64,000 nt of DNA from Bdellovibrionota bacterium (GCA_041740355.1 JBGSMD010000006.1:64001-128000); one strand, 5' to 3'; counted from the stretch's first letter, positions 38,664-50,248 are shown. Translations and numbers: made by a program. The notes: a model not told the origin generated them from the letters alone.

Positions 38664-38696
38664 GACAACTCATCATATTTGTATTACAACAATTAT

Positions 38697-39467
38697 ATGT
38701 CAAGGATTATCATTAAATCGCCAGCAGAGATTGAGTTATTAAAAACTGCCTGTCAGGTTACGAAGGACATTTTAGATCAAATGAATGACTTTGTGCGTCC
38801 TGGTATTTCTACTGAAGATATTAATATTTTTGTGCATGAATTAACAATTAAGGCTGGTGCTAGACCCGCACCATTAAATTATCGGGGGTACCCCAAATCC
38901 GTCTGTACTTCAGTTAATGAAGTAGTTTGTCATGGTATTCCTAATCCTAATATAATTCTGCAAGCAGGTGATATCATCAATATTGATGTAACTTCTATAA
39001 AAAATGGATTTTATGGCGATTCTAGTCGGATGTATTTTGTAGGTGGACGGGAGGCCTGTAGTGCCGAGGCTGTTCGCTTGGTAGATATAACCAAAGAAGC
39101 GCTGATGGTGGGTATTAATGCCGTTGAAGTTGGCAAACAAGTAGGTGATATCGGCTATGAGATTAAAAAATTTATTCATCATTTACCTCAGCAATATGGA
39201 ATTGTGCGGGATTATACAGGACATGGAATTGGGCGTAATTTTCATGAAGATCCGCAAATTATTCATTCAGCCAAGCAATCTACTGGTGCAAAGTTCAAAG
39301 TAGGGATGACCTTCACTGTTGAGCCCATGATTAATTTAGGTACTGCTGATACAGTTCTTTCCAGTCAAGATGGTTGGACAGTTAGGACAGCTGATAATAA
39401 ATTATCAGCACAATGGGAACATACAGTAGCAATTACTGAGAATGGCATTGAGATTTTAACAGCATAG
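38697..39467 (+). CDS. map: Methionine aminopeptidase type I
   Basis: CTSVNEVVCHGIP, DIINIDV, GHGIG..FHE.P, TVEPM, SAQWEHT. Confidence 0.97.
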   Translation: MSRIIIKSPAEIELLKTACQVTKDILDQMNDFVRPGISTEDINIFVHELTIKAGARPAPLNYRGYPKSVCTSVNEVVCHGIPNPNIILQAGDIINIDVTSIKNGFYGDSSRMYFVGGREACSAEAVRLVDITKEALMVGINAVEVGKQVGDIGYEIKKFIHHLPQQYGIVRDYTGHGIGRNFHEDPQIIHSAKQSTGAKFKVGMTFTVEPMINLGTADTVLSSQDGWTVRTADNKLSAQWEHTVAITENGIEILTA

Positions 39468-39655
39468 TACTTGATTTTAGGTGTAATGGTTTTTGAATTA
39501 CTCCCAACCTAGCAGAATTTTTTACTGTATAAAATTATCCCAATTAAGTGGTACAGTTTTTTCTAGATTGTATTGAAAGGCATTGCTTACATAGCAACTA
39601 TATAACTTATTTGAAAGTGTTTTAAGGGCCATAATCTGTATGTCAACTAAAGTGA

Positions 39656-42079
39656 TTAGTTAAATAGTAAATCTAAAAGCCCATTTCGTCGCTTATTATT
39701 AGACACCGGCAAGCTTGTAGCTCCTTCTGGCACATTTTCATGATAATTGGAGCAATTTCCAGGAGGTTCTGTTCCTGTCACGAAAATTTCTTTGATTGGC
39801 TCACCAGCACAACTTTCGTCATAAAGGCGACCTGTTGCCGAATCGATATCTAAATATTCTACACCACTGGGCTTAATGAAGCCTTCGTCAGGCAAGACAG
39901 CCTGAGCACAAGTCATGTATCGGGCCCAAATAGGAGCAGCTACTTGTCCTCCCCCAACACCAATCGGATCATTATTATCTAGACCTAACCAAACTCCAGT
40001 CGTAAGACGAGGTGTATAACCAACAAACCAGGCATCTCGCGCATCATTTGTGGTGCCAGTTTTGCCAGCTGCCGGTAGCGTAAAACCAAGTTTGCGAATA
40101 CTATTACCAGTTCCTCTTTCAATCACTCCCTGCAAGATGTTGCTTAGCACGTGAGTGGCTTGTTCGGTGGCAAGATAATGTTCTTCTGCTTGGTTAGTAG
40201 CAACTAATTCTCCATCTTCAGTAATCAGACTAGTATACAAACGAGGTGCAATTAATAGACCACCATTTGCTAGAGCGGAATAGGCGGTAGTTAATTTGAG
40301 CAGGTTAGTCTCTAAAGCTCCCAGTGCTAAGGAAGGAATGGCCGGAGCTTTTTCTACTAAGCCAAAATCTTCAATAGTTTTAGCAACGTTGTTTAAACCA
40401 ACTTTTTGACTAACATAGACAGCTGGAATATTTAGCGATTTTTCCAAGGCGTAGCGTAATGTTACCGCTCCGCGAAAGTTACCATCGTAATTTTTGGGAG
40501 TCCAAGGATCTTTACGATTTGATTGTTTAATTGCTAGTGGTTCATCACTCAAAATAGTAATTGGAGTCGCCACGCGATAATCATTAAGTCCTTGATCTAA
40601 AGCTGTAAGATAAACAAATGGCTTGATCGTAGAGCCCACCTGTCGATTAGCCTGACTGACATGATCAAATTGGTTTTTGCTGTAGTCACGACCGCCGATC
40701 CAAGCTTTAATTTTACCGCTAAAGGTTTCCATCGAAACCAAGCCAACTTCGAGTTTACGTTTATTAAGTGCGGGGTAGGTTTTGGCAATCTCTGTAAAGC
40801 TTTGATTAATTGCCTGTTCCGCACAATCTTGAAGATACTTACTAAGGCCTGTTTGAATTCGGAGTGAAGTGTTCTCCAGAGATTTTAGACTATGGGTCGA
40901 ATCTATATTCTTAGCTAGCGCTTGCATAAAAAATGGAGCTTTCGTTTTATATAATTTAGAATCAGAAATTTTGGGAGAATAAGCTTTGGCATTAAGATAT
41001 TCAGAATTCGTAATAATTTCATTATCTAATAATTTGCTTAGCACTAAATCTCTTCTTTCTATTGCTCGCTCAGGATGTCTACTTGGATTATAGTAAGATG
41101 GTGCTTTAATTAAACCAGCCAGCAGTGCTGCCTCAGAAAGATTCATTTGGGCTAAGGGTTTATTAAAGAAAAATTGACTTGCTGCTGGAAAACCATGAAT
41201 CCCAATTGCTCCAGATTGTCCTAAGTAAACTTCGTTCAAATATAGTTCCAAGATTTGATCTTTGGTCAGATTTTTTTCTAGACTAAGTGCCGCAAACGCT
41301 TCTAAGAATTTTCTTTTAAAAGTTTTTTCTGCCGAGAAAAACAGGTTTTTTGCTAATTGCTGATTGAGTGTACTGCCACCTTGTGCCAAGCGACCTTGGA
41401 GGATGTTAGTTGTTGTTGCTCGCAGGATTCCAATTGGATCTACTCCAAAATGCTTAAAGAATCTTTCGTCTTCGGTATTAACAACTGTTTGAATTATAAA
41501 CTTTGGAAATTTTTCTAAGCTTATAAATTTTTTTGATTTTCCATTTGCTTGATTAAGTGGCGCAATCGGTCGAGGTTCAATCAGGATGTTACGACCACTA
41601 ATAATTTTATTATCCTGATTTATTTCGTAACTTTCGGTCTTTGGGGAAATTAGCCGGGCACTTGGGCTAATAAATTCCCGTGTTCGAATCACAAGTTGAT
41701 TTTTTGAGAGATGGAATTCCCCTGAGGCAAGGTCATTAGTTTTTGCTTCGTGATAATCATAGGAAGTCAGGATTTTTTTTGCAGAAATACTTGATAAGTT
41801 TTTCTTAGGGGGAAAAATTTCGGAATCACTATATACCATTAGGACTTTAGTGGCATTTCCACGCTTGAGGAACGTTTTAACTTTTTTATTGATGTGAGAA
41901 AAAGTTACGGCACTGCCAATACTTCCAATTATTGTGAGGATTATAAATATTTTTAATAACAACTTAATTCCCGGATGAAGTGATCGCTGCTTGCGGGCGC
42001 GTGCTTTCTTAGTTGGACTTTTAGCTTGTCTTTTTTTGGGGCGCTTAATTGTAGGGGTGGATGCTTTGCTTTTGGGCAT
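39656..42079 (-). CDS. mrcB: Class A penicillin-binding protein (PBP1B-like)
   Basis: EDERFFKHFG, QGGSTLNQQLAKN, SxxK (GSTIKP), SLN, GKTGT; UB2H-like insert after TM. Confidence 0.9.
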   Translation of the reverse strand: MPKSKASTPTIKRPKKRQAKSPTKKARARKQRSLHPGIKLLLKIFIILTIIGSIGSAVTFSHINKKVKTFLKRGNATKVLMVYSDSEIFPPKKNLSSISAKKILTSYDYHEAKTNDLASGEFHLSKNQLVIRTREFISPSARLISPKTESYEINQDNKIISGRNILIEPRPIAPLNQANGKSKKFISLEKFPKFIIQTVVNTEDERFFKHFGVDPIGILRATTTNILQGRLAQGGSTLNQQLAKNLFFSAEKTFKRKFLEAFAALSLEKNLTKDQILELYLNEVYLGQSGAIGIHGFPAASQFFFNKPLAQMNLSEAALLAGLIKAPSYYNPSRHPERAIERRDLVLSKLLDNEIITNSEYLNAKAYSPKISDSKLYKTKAPFFMQALAKNIDSTHSLKSLENTSLRIQTGLSKYLQDCAEQAINQSFTEIAKTYPALNKRKLEVGLVSMETFSGKIKAWIGGRDYSKNQFDHVSQANRQVGSTIKPFVYLTALDQGLNDYRVATPITILSDEPLAIKQSNRKDPWTPKNYDGNFRGAVTLRYALEKSLNIPAVYVSQKVGLNNVAKTIEDFGLVEKAPAIPSLALGALETNLLKLTTAYSALANGGLLIAPRLYTSLITEDGELVATNQAEEHYLATEQATHVLSNILQGVIERGTGNSIRKLGFTLPAAGKTGTTNDARDAWFVGYTPRLTTGVWLGLDNNDPIGVGGGQVAAPIWARYMTCAQAVLPDEGFIKPSGVEYLDIDSATGRLYDESCAGEPIKEIFVTGTEPPGNCSNYHENVPEGATSLPVSNNKRRNGLLDLLFN

Positions 42080-42093
42080 GTTTATATACTATA

Positions 42094-42237
42094 TATAGTT
42101 ATGACAAAAACTGATTTCCGTATATTTAAAATTAGTTTAGTAATTTTTGTCATAACTATAAGATTTTATTGTCCCTTTGGGGAATAGTAAGCCCCAACAA
42201 ATAATACAATACGAATTTAATTTTTATACTTACTATA
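42094..42237 (-). repeat. Family A palindromic element (diverged)
   Basis: tatagttatgacaaaaa..tttttgtcataactata hairpin plus atagtaagcccc..acttactata. Confidence 0.75.
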
Positions 42238-42273
42238 ATATCATCAATCTAAAATTTATTGTTTATAAACACA

Positions 42274-42993
42274 ATGGCAGGGCATTCTAAATGGGCGAAA
42301 ATCAAGCGCCAAAAAGCAGTTACCGATGGTCGTCGCAGTCAGACCTTTACTAGGTATCTTAGAGAGATTCAAGTTGCAGCCAAAATGGGTGGAGGGGAGT
42401 TCGTGGGTAATTCCAGGCTGAAACGTACAGTTGATGCTGCCAAGTCGATTGGAGTTCCTAATGATAATATTGATAAAGCAATAAAACGTGGCACTGGAGA
42501 TTTAGAAGGTGTAGAATACGAAGAAGTTACTTATGAAGCCTATGGGCCTGCCGGCATTGGTTTAATTATAAAAACACTAACTGATAATAAGAACAGAACC
42601 GTTGGTGAGGTACGGAATGTGCTTAGTCGTAAAGGTGGCACCTTAGCTGCTAATAATTCTGTTTCCTACCAATTCTCAGAACAGGCTGTCTGTACCTTGC
42701 CAAAAGCTATTGGTACAGAGGAGGATCTTTTAGGGATTGTTTTAGATGCTGGCGCTAATGATTTACAGGACGCGGAGGATTCATGGGAGATATATGCGGA
42801 TATGGCAGCATTTGATACCATGATGCAAGCACTCTCTAAGTTTGGGGATCAGCTTAGTGGAGAAATCCGAATGGTTCCAAAAAACTCCCTGATGGTTTTG
42901 GGGGATGATGTTGAAAAAGTAATGAGCTTACTCGATGCCTTGGATGGACTAGATGATGTTCAAAACGTCTTTACAAATTTTGATACAGAATAA
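42274..42993 (+). CDS. yebC: YebC/PmpR family protein
   Basis: MAGHSKW, YEAYGPAG, LTDNKNRT, DDVQNVFTN. Confidence 0.96.
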   Translation: MAGHSKWAKIKRQKAVTDGRRSQTFTRYLREIQVAAKMGGGEFVGNSRLKRTVDAAKSIGVPNDNIDKAIKRGTGDLEGVEYEEVTYEAYGPAGIGLIIKTLTDNKNRTVGEVRNVLSRKGGTLAANNSVSYQFSEQAVCTLPKAIGTEEDLLGIVLDAGANDLQDAEDSWEIYADMAAFDTMMQALSKFGDQLSGEIRMVPKNSLMVLGDDVEKVMSLLDALDGLDDVQNVFTNFDTE

Positions 42994-42995
42994 CA

Positions 42996-43583
42996 ATGAT
43001 TGCTGGACTTACTGGAATAATTCAAAATATTAGTGGACAAGAAGTCGAGGTAAACGTTCATGATGTGACTTACCTTGTGCATTGCACAACGGAATGTATT
43101 TCTAATTTTACATTAGGGAAATCAGCCACCCTTACAATACATACTGATGTACAAGAGACCAGCATTCGATTATTTGGATTCGGCGATCGCTTAGAGTCAC
43201 AAGTATTTAAACTATTAATTGGTGTTAATGGAATTGGAGCAAAGTCGGGAGTTGAGATTTTATCCCGTGTACCAAAGTTAGAATTATTAAAGTTACTAAG
43301 TTCAGGTGATGCTAACGGACTAAAAGCAATTAAGGGTGTTGGGGCCAAAACTGCGGATCGCTTAATCTTAGAATTAAAAGATAAGGTTTCCCAATTTATT
43401 GATGCTAGTCGTTTGCAAATTAAATCTGGAGTTAAAAATGTGCAAATGGAAGAAGCGACTCTTGCCTTACAAGCTTTGGGGTTTAGTTTAAAGATTGCCA
43501 CTGATGCTTTAAATAGGATCTCTACGGAAAAGTTACCGAAGGACAGTGGAGAAATTGTTCGTTTGGCCTTAGCTCGAATTTAG
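42996..43583 (+). CDS. ruvA: Holliday junction branch migration protein RuvA
   Basis: MIAGLTG, LFGF, LIGVNGIGAK, GVGAKTADRLILELKDK, ALQALGF. Confidence 0.95.
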   Translation: MIAGLTGIIQNISGQEVEVNVHDVTYLVHCTTECISNFTLGKSATLTIHTDVQETSIRLFGFGDRLESQVFKLLIGVNGIGAKSGVEILSRVPKLELLKLLSSGDANGLKAIKGVGAKTADRLILELKDKVSQFIDASRLQIKSGVKNVQMEEATLALQALGFSLKIATDALNRISTEKLPKDSGEIVRLALARI

Positions 43584-43858
43584 CTTTTACCAACAATCTT
43601 TTTATAAACATTAAATTTATGTTTACAAGAAATGCATTGTTGTTTTTCTTCGGAATTAAAAAGAGAGGGAAATGCGATTAGTAGGGTTATCGGTAAAATT
43701 GCTATAAAATTAAATCCTAAAAAAGAAGCATAATAATTTAGTAAGACCCAAATAACTGTAAAATTAAGACTTGTTTTAAAAGTGCAACGCAAAACAAGTA
43801 GCCGATCTGACTCGGAATAAGACTTACAACAGGGACAAGGCTGGGCTTCTTGTTTCAT
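43580..43858 (-). CDS. Small membrane protein with CxxC pairs
   Basis: CPCC..CISCKHKF flanking two hydrophobic segments. Confidence 0.55.
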   Translation of the reverse strand: MKQEAQPCPCCKSYSESDRLLVLRCTFKTSLNFTVIWVLLNYYASFLGFNFIAILPITLLIAFPSLFNSEEKQQCISCKHKFNVYKKIVGKS

Positions 43859-44168
43859 ATTGTATGATCCAACTAATAAATACTTTTGCTTCCGAATATT
43901 TTCAGATATATTAGAGTCATTAGGTAGTTATTTAGAATTTGGCTGATCTTGCATCTAAATATTGGTAAACTAATTGCTCTTTGGTGCAGCATATCTCCGT
44001 TTTGCCAGTATTTTTATTGCGACCTCTACTCAAACTCTATAATGTTACATAAATAAAGCTTTTCAATCGTAGGGTTGATTTGCTAAAATTGTCACCAATA
44101 GTTAACCCATAAAAATCCTTGATAGTTTTAGGGGAAATGTTTACTGGGTTTACTATCTTTGTTCCTAA

Positions 44169-44588
44169 ATGGAGTATAAAATGTATAAATTTCTTAAAGT
44201 TAGTTTTCTTTGTTGTTCTTTATCAATGATTGTTGCTTGTTCTGGTAACTCATTATCCGGACGTGATAAAGGTGTATTAGGTGGAGCTGCAATTGGCTCG
44301 GGGTTAGGTGCAATTATTGGTCACAAGACTGGCTCTACTGGAGCTGGGATTGCAATTGGTGGCGCTGCAGGAGCAATCTCCGGTGGTTTAATAGGTAATG
44401 CGCAATATGGTGCTACGAATCGTGCCAATGAACAAGATGAGCGTTTGAGAAGACAAGAGTTGGAGATGGAAAGACAAAAAAGAGAGTTAGAAGAACTACG
44501 TCGACAAGGATCCGGAGACACTTATCGCAGTGATACCTACCGTGAAGATACTTCCCCACGTGATGACAGTTATTACGATCGTTATTAA
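44169..44588 (+). CDS. Glycine-zipper lipoprotein
   Basis: Lipobox IVAC; GxxxG repeats GGAAIGSGLGAIIG..GGAAGAISGGLIG; coiled-coil tail. Confidence 0.85.
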   Translation: MEYKMYKFLKVSFLCCSLSMIVACSGNSLSGRDKGVLGGAAIGSGLGAIIGHKTGSTGAGIAIGGAAGAISGGLIGNAQYGATNRANEQDERLRRQELEMERQKRELEELRRQGSGDTYRSDTYREDTSPRDDSYYDRY

Positions 44589-44602
44589 TCAAATCAAATC
44601 CT

Positions 44603-44627
44603 GTTCTCTGGCTTGAGTCCAGAGAAC
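44603..44627 (+). terminator. Hairpin after lipoprotein gene
   Basis: gttctctgg-cttgagt-ccagagaac. Confidence 0.45.
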
Positions 44628-44874
44628 TTCCAAATTTATTAGTGTTCCTATTCTAATGTAGAAAATCCAAGCTGTAATTTCCCAAACTCAGGTCAAAATT
44701 TTTTCTAAAATTACTTGCTGAGAATACTACATTTTACCATGCCAGTCTGATCATACACCATAAACATGGAAAATTGGAAATTGGATAAAACAGTCATTTC
44801 ACTAGACTGTTAATTCTTTGTGCATCTGTTACTGTCTACTCCGAAAACGAATCATTTATTTTTTTTAAATTTAT

Positions 44875-46716
44875 ATGACAAATACAAAACCAACTTCATT
44901 TGAAGCATTAAATAACTGGGTTAATCAAATCACTACTCTTTGCGAACCAAAGAATGTTCACTGGTGTACTGGCTCCGAATCCGAATGGCATAATTTATCA
45001 GATTTATTAGTTAAAAATGGCACCTTTATTAAATTAAGCCCAACTAAGAGACCTAATAGTTTTTTAGCGCGCTCCGCGACTTCTGATGTGGCACGAGTTG
45101 AAGATCGCACCTACATTTGCTCACGTCGGAAATCTGATGCCGGCCCAACTAATAATTGGCACGAGCCAGTCAGCATGAAAAAGAAAATGCTGGAAGTATT
45201 TCAAGGTTCAATGAAAGGACGCACGATGTATGTGATTCCATTTTGTATGGGACCACTAGATTCACCACTTGCTCAAATTGGAGTTGAGATTTCAGACAGT
45301 CCATATGTTGTGCTGAATATGAAAATCATGTGCCACATGGGGGAGAAAGTTTTGAATCGTTTACAGGACGAGGCTGCCGGGACTATTGATAAAAAAAGAT
45401 TTTCACATGGAACTTTTATTCCCTGTGTTCACTCAGTTGGTATGCCATTAGCAGATGGAGATGTAGATGTAGCCTGGCCTTGTAACGAAGAAAAATACAT
45501 TGTTCATTTTCCAGAAGATCGTGAGATCTGGTCTTATGGTTCTGGCTATGGAGGAAATGCACTTCTTGGGAAAAAATGTTTAGCACTGCGTATTGCATCT
45601 AATATTGCCCGTGAGAATGGTTGGCTTGCTGAACACATGCTGATCGTTGGGGTTCATTCTCCAAAAGGAAAAACTAATTACTTAGCAGCAGCTTTTCCTT
45701 CGGCTTGCGGCAAAACTAATTTAGCAATGTTAATTCCTCCTAAAAAGTTTTTGGATGAGGGTTGGAAAACAACAATTGTTGGGGATGATATCGCCTGGCT
45801 TTGGCCTCATGAGGATGGCAAGTTACATGCCATCAATCCTGAAACAGGCTTTTTTGGAGTAGCTCCAGGAACATCTTACGATACTAATCCGATTGCCATG
45901 GATTCTATGAAAGAGAATACTATTTTTACAAACGTGGCTTTAACGGACGATGGAGATATTTGGTGGGAAGGAATGACGAAAGAGCCACCTGCTCATTTAA
46001 TTGATTGGACGGGACTGGATTGGACTCCTGATTGTGGTCGCTTATCATCACATGCAAATTCTAGGTTTACAGCTCCGGCCATGCAGTGCCCAACGATTGA
46101 TGCCAATTGGCAAAATCCTGATGGAGTCCCGATTGATGGGATCATGTATGGTGGAAGACGGGCAACAACAATGCCTTTAGTTTTCCAAGCTTACAATTGG
46201 AGTCATGGAATTTATTTGGGAGCCACTATGGGGTCTGAGATGACCGCTGCAGCAGCTGGGCAAATTGGTAAGGTCCGTCGTGATCCGATGGCGATGTTGC
46301 CATTTTGTGGTTACAACATGGGTGATTACTTTGGTCACTGGTTAGATATCCGAAAACAATTGAAACATTTGCCTCGTTTCTTTCATGTCAATTGGTTCCG
46401 TAAGGATCAAAATGGAAAGTTCCTCTGGCCTGGATTTGGGGACAATATGAGAGTCATTAAATGGGTAGTTTCTCGTTGTAATGGTGAAGCTGTTGGTTAT
46501 GAAACTCAGATTGGTTGGATGCCTAAATTTGAAGACTTTGACATTGAAGGTCTGAATAATTTTGATGAAAATAAATTCAATCAATGTATGGAATTTAAGC
46601 GTGATGAGTGGAAAGCGGAGCTTGCTAGTCAGACTGAATTCTTCATTGATCTCTACGATCATTTGCCAAAAGAAATAGTCTTTCAAAAAGAATTATTAAT
46701 AGCAAGATTAACGTAG
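44875..46716 (+). CDS. pckG: Phosphoenolpyruvate carboxykinase (GTP)
   Basis: [46 protein letters not shown]. Confidence 0.97.
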   Translation: MTNTKPTSFEALNNWVNQITTLCEPKNVHWCTGSESEWHNLSDLLVKNGTFIKLSPTKRPNSFLARSATSDVARVEDRTYICSRRKSDAGPTNNWHEPVSMKKKMLEVFQGSMKGRTMYVIPFCMGPLDSPLAQIGVEISDSPYVVLNMKIMCHMGEKVLNRLQDEAAGTIDKKRFSHGTFIPCVHSVGMPLADGDVDVAWPCNEEKYIVHFPEDREIWSYGSGYGGNALLGKKCLALRIASNIARENGWLAEHMLIVGVHSPKGKTNYLAAAFPSACGKTNLAMLIPPKKFLDEGWKTTIVGDDIAWLWPHEDGKLHAINPETGFFGVAPGTSYDTNPIAMDSMKENTIFTNVALTDDGDIWWEGMTKEPPAHLIDWTGLDWTPDCGRLSSHANSRFTAPAMQCPTIDANWQNPDGVPIDGIMYGGRRATTMPLVFQAYNWSHGIYLGATMGSEMTAAAAGQIGKVRRDPMAMLPFCGYNMGDYFGHWLDIRKQLKHLPRFFHVNWFRKDQNGKFLWPGFGDNMRVIKWVVSRCNGEAVGYETQIGWMPKFEDFDIEGLNNFDENKFNQCMEFKRDEWKAELASQTEFFIDLYDHLPKEIVFQKELLIARLT

Positions 46717-46726
46717 ATGTTTATTT

Positions 46727-46802
46727 TAGTAAGTCTAAAAAGTAGTTCCCCTAAGGAATTACTTTTTGGGGCTTACTATCCCCCCAGAAGGATAAAATAT
46801 AG
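46727..46802 (+). repeat. Family A palindromic element (first two hairpins)
   Basis: tagtaagtctaaaaagtagttcc..ggaattactttttggggcttactatccccc. Confidence 0.8.
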
Positions 46803-46874
46803 GAACGCAAGAAAATTCCATAGAGTTATATTAGCTATTATCTTGCCAGTTCTGGTAAAGTCTTACTAGTCAGA

Positions 46875-48176
46875 TTAGCTATCGCTTAGTGCGAGCTCAG
46901 CCTCAACTTCGGATCTTCTACTGAGCGCTGCAGAGAAAGCCTTGGCATGATCTACTGCTGGTTTGCGTGTTTCCTTTGTTGTATTTGGAATTGCATTTTC
47001 TAAATCTACTTCTACTGGTTTAGTTAAATTGATTTGTGGCTCTTCTTTAAGTGCCGTAATTGTATTTAGCGTTTCTGTTAACTTAGTAGATTCTAGACTA
47101 GAATGGGGGACATCGGTAGCTACCCTACTAGAAGTATTGGCAATCGGGTTAGCTATTTCTTGTTCTTGCTGATAGCTACTCTCTAAGGGAGTTGCTACTT
47201 TTAATTCATTAACAGTATTTAATGTTTCGGATAATCTAGATGCTTGCTGAGCAGATATCGACAAGTCGGAATCCAATTTAACACTTGTCGTGTTAAGTAT
47301 AGGATTTGCAAGACTTTGTTCTTGTTCAAGAGTTGTTGCAGTTCTTAAACCCGTAACTAACTCAACGCTCTCTGCTAATTTTGTAGCTTCTTGATTTGCA
47401 ACAGAAATACCAGTATCTAATTTCACAGCGGAGGAATGAGCAATTGGATTAGCTTGCTCTAGTCCTTGTGCTTCAGCATTTGTCCCTTGAATTCCATTAA
47501 TTGTTCCAATACTTTCGGCAAGTTTAGTAGCCTCCTTAGTTGATAAGCCATTTGCTTCTTTCCAAGGCATACCAAGACCTAATTCATTGGCAGCAGCAAG
47601 TTTTAAATCATCTTTAATTACAATTGTGCTCTCTAGAAAAGCTTTATTTGGATCAATTAATACCCCAAGCTTTTCTAGCTCAATATTAATATTACCCATT
47701 AATTTTTTATGGGCCTCAGGATCCAAGACTGGAACTTCAGGATTAGGTGCAGATCTGACAGATTCTTTTTCAACTTTGGAATTTAGTTGCATTGCAGGAT
47801 CTAGTTCTTCTAATTGTCTAATTACCTGGCTGGCAACATAATGAGCATCTCGCTCTTGCTGATCTCTCCAAGTCATTTGCTTTTCAAAAATCTCTGATTG
47901 GGTGGCAGGCTGTGCTAACATTGATTCCACATTAGCTCCAACCTGACTGCTATTAGTCGTAATAGTTTGACTGCCACTAATATCACTTCGTTGTAGATTT
48001 TGTGCAGAAACTGTTAGCCCTTGCAGACTATTCTGTGTTGCCTGCATGTCATAGGGATTAGATCTAATTTGGGCGATCGTATTTTGAATAGCTGTAGATA
48101 ATTCTGGGTCAAACTGCCGGCTAGTTGTTTCGGAAACTGATTTTTCAACAGGTTTATCAGGTGCAAATAGTGTCAT
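46875..48176 (-). CDS. Hypothetical protein with four ~48-aa imperfect repeats
   Basis: EATKLAES/EATKLAES/QASRLSET/ESTKLTET at aa 215, 263, 311, 362; ANPI at 242, 290, 342. Confidence 0.8.
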   Translation of the reverse strand: MTLFAPDKPVEKSVSETTSRQFDPELSTAIQNTIAQIRSNPYDMQATQNSLQGLTVSAQNLQRSDISGSQTITTNSSQVGANVESMLAQPATQSEIFEKQMTWRDQQERDAHYVASQVIRQLEELDPAMQLNSKVEKESVRSAPNPEVPVLDPEAHKKLMGNINIELEKLGVLIDPNKAFLESTIVIKDDLKLAAANELGLGMPWKEANGLSTKEATKLAESIGTINGIQGTNAEAQGLEQANPIAHSSAVKLDTGISVANQEATKLAESVELVTGLRTATTLEQEQSLANPILNTTSVKLDSDLSISAQQASRLSETLNTVNELKVATPLESSYQQEQEIANPIANTSSRVATDVPHSSLESTKLTETLNTITALKEEPQINLTKPVEVDLENAIPNTTKETRKPAVDHAKAFSAALSRRSEVEAELALSDS

Positions 48177-48277
48177 CGGAATCTTAACTAAAGAAATAAC
48201 TATTCTACCTATCGATCAAACCCTAAAGTTTGCTTCTATTTTTTTTGAAATATTTTAATAGGGACAACTGATTGAAA

Positions 48278-50248
48278 TTATTCAAAAAATTCTAGTTCAG
48301 CAATCGACCAATCAAAAAATGGGTCATTTCCTCCTTGTTCCAAGCGTATTTGCTTTACTTTGATTGGGTTAAAATAAAAGGAATAACGACTCTCACTTCC
48401 TAGGAGATAACGAATAAAGTAGTAATCGCTCCCTGAGATTAGTGGCCTCCTATTGTCCTTCTCATCAATAATCCAGATTTGTAATTCCCGAGGATAGTCC
48501 GTAACCCAATCTGCTAGGTGGTAGGTGAAGGCGCGTAAACTTTGTGGCTCTGGAAAATTAATTTCCATAAACATTGTTTGGTTCTGAGGACTAGCCGATC
48601 CCCAGCGAGTTTTAAGATCTTGATCCAGTACTTGCTTAGCAACAGCCTGGTTATAGTTTGTCTTAAGCACTACATTTTCAAAATTAGTTAATTTAAGTAG
48701 GTCGGTTTGTTTAGGTTTGATTTCATAAAAAACAAAATATTCGGAAAGTATTTTTTCTTGATATGTATACCCTTGGATCTCCAAAGATTTTCGCAACATT
48801 CCAGCCTGAGATTTTACCAAGACATAGGGAGCTTGACTCCGATGCGGTTCTCCTTCCTTCTCATACTCCGGCATACGACTTCGAAAAGGTTCATCAAAAA
48901 CTAGAAAACGAATCTTTTCTTTGGTTTCAAATGCTAAACGATAGCCAATCCAATAATTAGTTTTAACCCACTGGAAGTTATTCTGATCTAACCAATCAAT
49001 TAACTCTTGGTGATTGGCACTGGCACGATCAAGTGCTTTGATTAGCGGTTCTTTGGCATTGTTTCTTTCGGGATAATAGGTTGAAACTAAATTAATGCTT
49101 ATCAGCAAGGTTAGGAGAAGGTAAGCAGGTACTTTTAAATTTTGTGACAATTTGGCAAGGATACAGCCTGTTAAAACAATTAGTGGGAAGTAAATTGGTA
49201 AGAGGTAACGAGGAGCTTCTGCTAAGTGTCCATAACTACTAAAGGCTACAATTATAGCCATTAGAACGATCATTAAGAAAAGAATCTCCTGTGGTTTTTG
49301 CCAGTCAAATTTTAATATTGTAAGTTTGAGAAGATCTAAATAACGATATCCAATATAAAGTAGCGTTAAAAGAAAATAAATTAAGATCACGAAAGTGGTT
49401 GATCCAAGATAGGAGTCCTGAAAAGAGGCAAAGTTTCTAGCCCCAAGTAAAATTGGCAGAGAAATGTCAAAAAATTTCACCAAATATTCCCAGCTTTTTC
49501 CACCTTCGGCGGAGGAGAAAATTTCCTTACTAGCAAAATTGTTTTGGAGATTATAAATCCAAAAAGGTAAGGAGCCCAATAAAAAACAAAGAACTGACCA
49601 GAAAAATAGTTGGATTGTTTGTAAAAATCTCAGACGGTGGATGGCATAACCCAGAACACTGAGAAATACAGGAACCATAAAGTAGATGACTTGGTTATTT
49701 ACCCACCAACCAAGTCCGAGAAGTACTGCAATTAGACCAAGATTTTTAGCATTTACTTGATCATATTTAAAAGATCGAATTAGCAATAAAATTGCTAAAC
49801 TTCCAATCACAATAACTTCAATAAAACCACCACGAGCTTTTGTGCTCCAAAGTACTAGTGTTAGTGGGGGAATGGCAGCAAGTAATCCAGCAAAACGAGC
49901 AGCAAGTTTATTACTAACTTCAAATGCAGTTAGGTAAGTTATTAAAACTAAGGCTAAACTAAAAGCGAGTGGAACATATTTTAAGGTGTAATTTTCCAAG
50001 CCTATAAAAAGACCAAGGAAGCTAATAAGAATTGCTTCTAAACTTCCCATGTAATGTTGGCCATAATAGAAGATTGGCCAGGGTTTCCCTTCGCTAATGT
50101 GCTTGGCCATCAGGCCAACGATTGCTTCATCTGATTCGATGGCAAAATGACTGGCAATGACCAAATCCATTCGTAAAATAACTGCGTAGATTAGAATCAG
50201 AGTAATAAATAGCCAGTCTTGTTTGATGATTGTTTTAAGTGGCAGCAT
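48278..50248 (-). CDS. GT-C (PMT/ArnT-like) membrane glycosyltransferase with C-terminal discoidin-like domain
   Basis: SDEAIVGLMA..FYYGQHYMG, many TMs, PRYLLP; DQDLKTRWGS..YPR..WSIAEL F5/8-type tail. Confidence 0.8.
   Translation of the reverse strand: MLPLKTIIKQDWLFITLILIYAVILRMDLVIASHFAIESDEAIVGLMAKHISEGKPWPIFYYGQHYMGSLEAILISFLGLFIGLENYTLKYVPLAFSLALVLITYLTAFEVSNKLAARFAGLLAAIPPLTLVLWSTKARGGFIEVIVIGSLAILLLIRSFKYDQVNAKNLGLIAVLLGLGWWVNNQVIYFMVPVFLSVLGYAIHRLRFLQTIQLFFWSVLCFLLGSLPFWIYNLQNNFASKEIFSSAEGGKSWEYLVKFFDISLPILLGARNFASFQDSYLGSTTFVILIYFLLTLLYIGYRYLDLLKLTILKFDWQKPQEILFLMIVLMAIIVAFSSYGHLAEAPRYLLPIYFPLIVLTGCILAKLSQNLKVPAYLLLTLLISINLVSTYYPERNNAKEPLIKALDRASANHQELIDWLDQNNFQWVKTNYWIGYRLAFETKEKIRFLVFDEPFRSRMPEYEKEGEPHRSQAPYVLVKSQAGMLRKSLEIQGYTYQEKILSEYFVFYEIKPKQTDLLKLTNFENVVLKTNYNQAVAKQVLDQDLKTRWGSASPQNQTMFMEINFPEPQSLRAFTYHLADWVTDYPRELQIWIIDEKDNRRPLISGSDYYFIRYLLGSESRYSFYFNPIKVKQIRLEQGGNDPFFDWSIAELEFFE

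Noticed and set aside
48200-48240. Sigma28 promoter for the repeat protein (ATCGATAG)
   Set aside because: No TAAA-like -35 at the 11-nt spacing on that strand.
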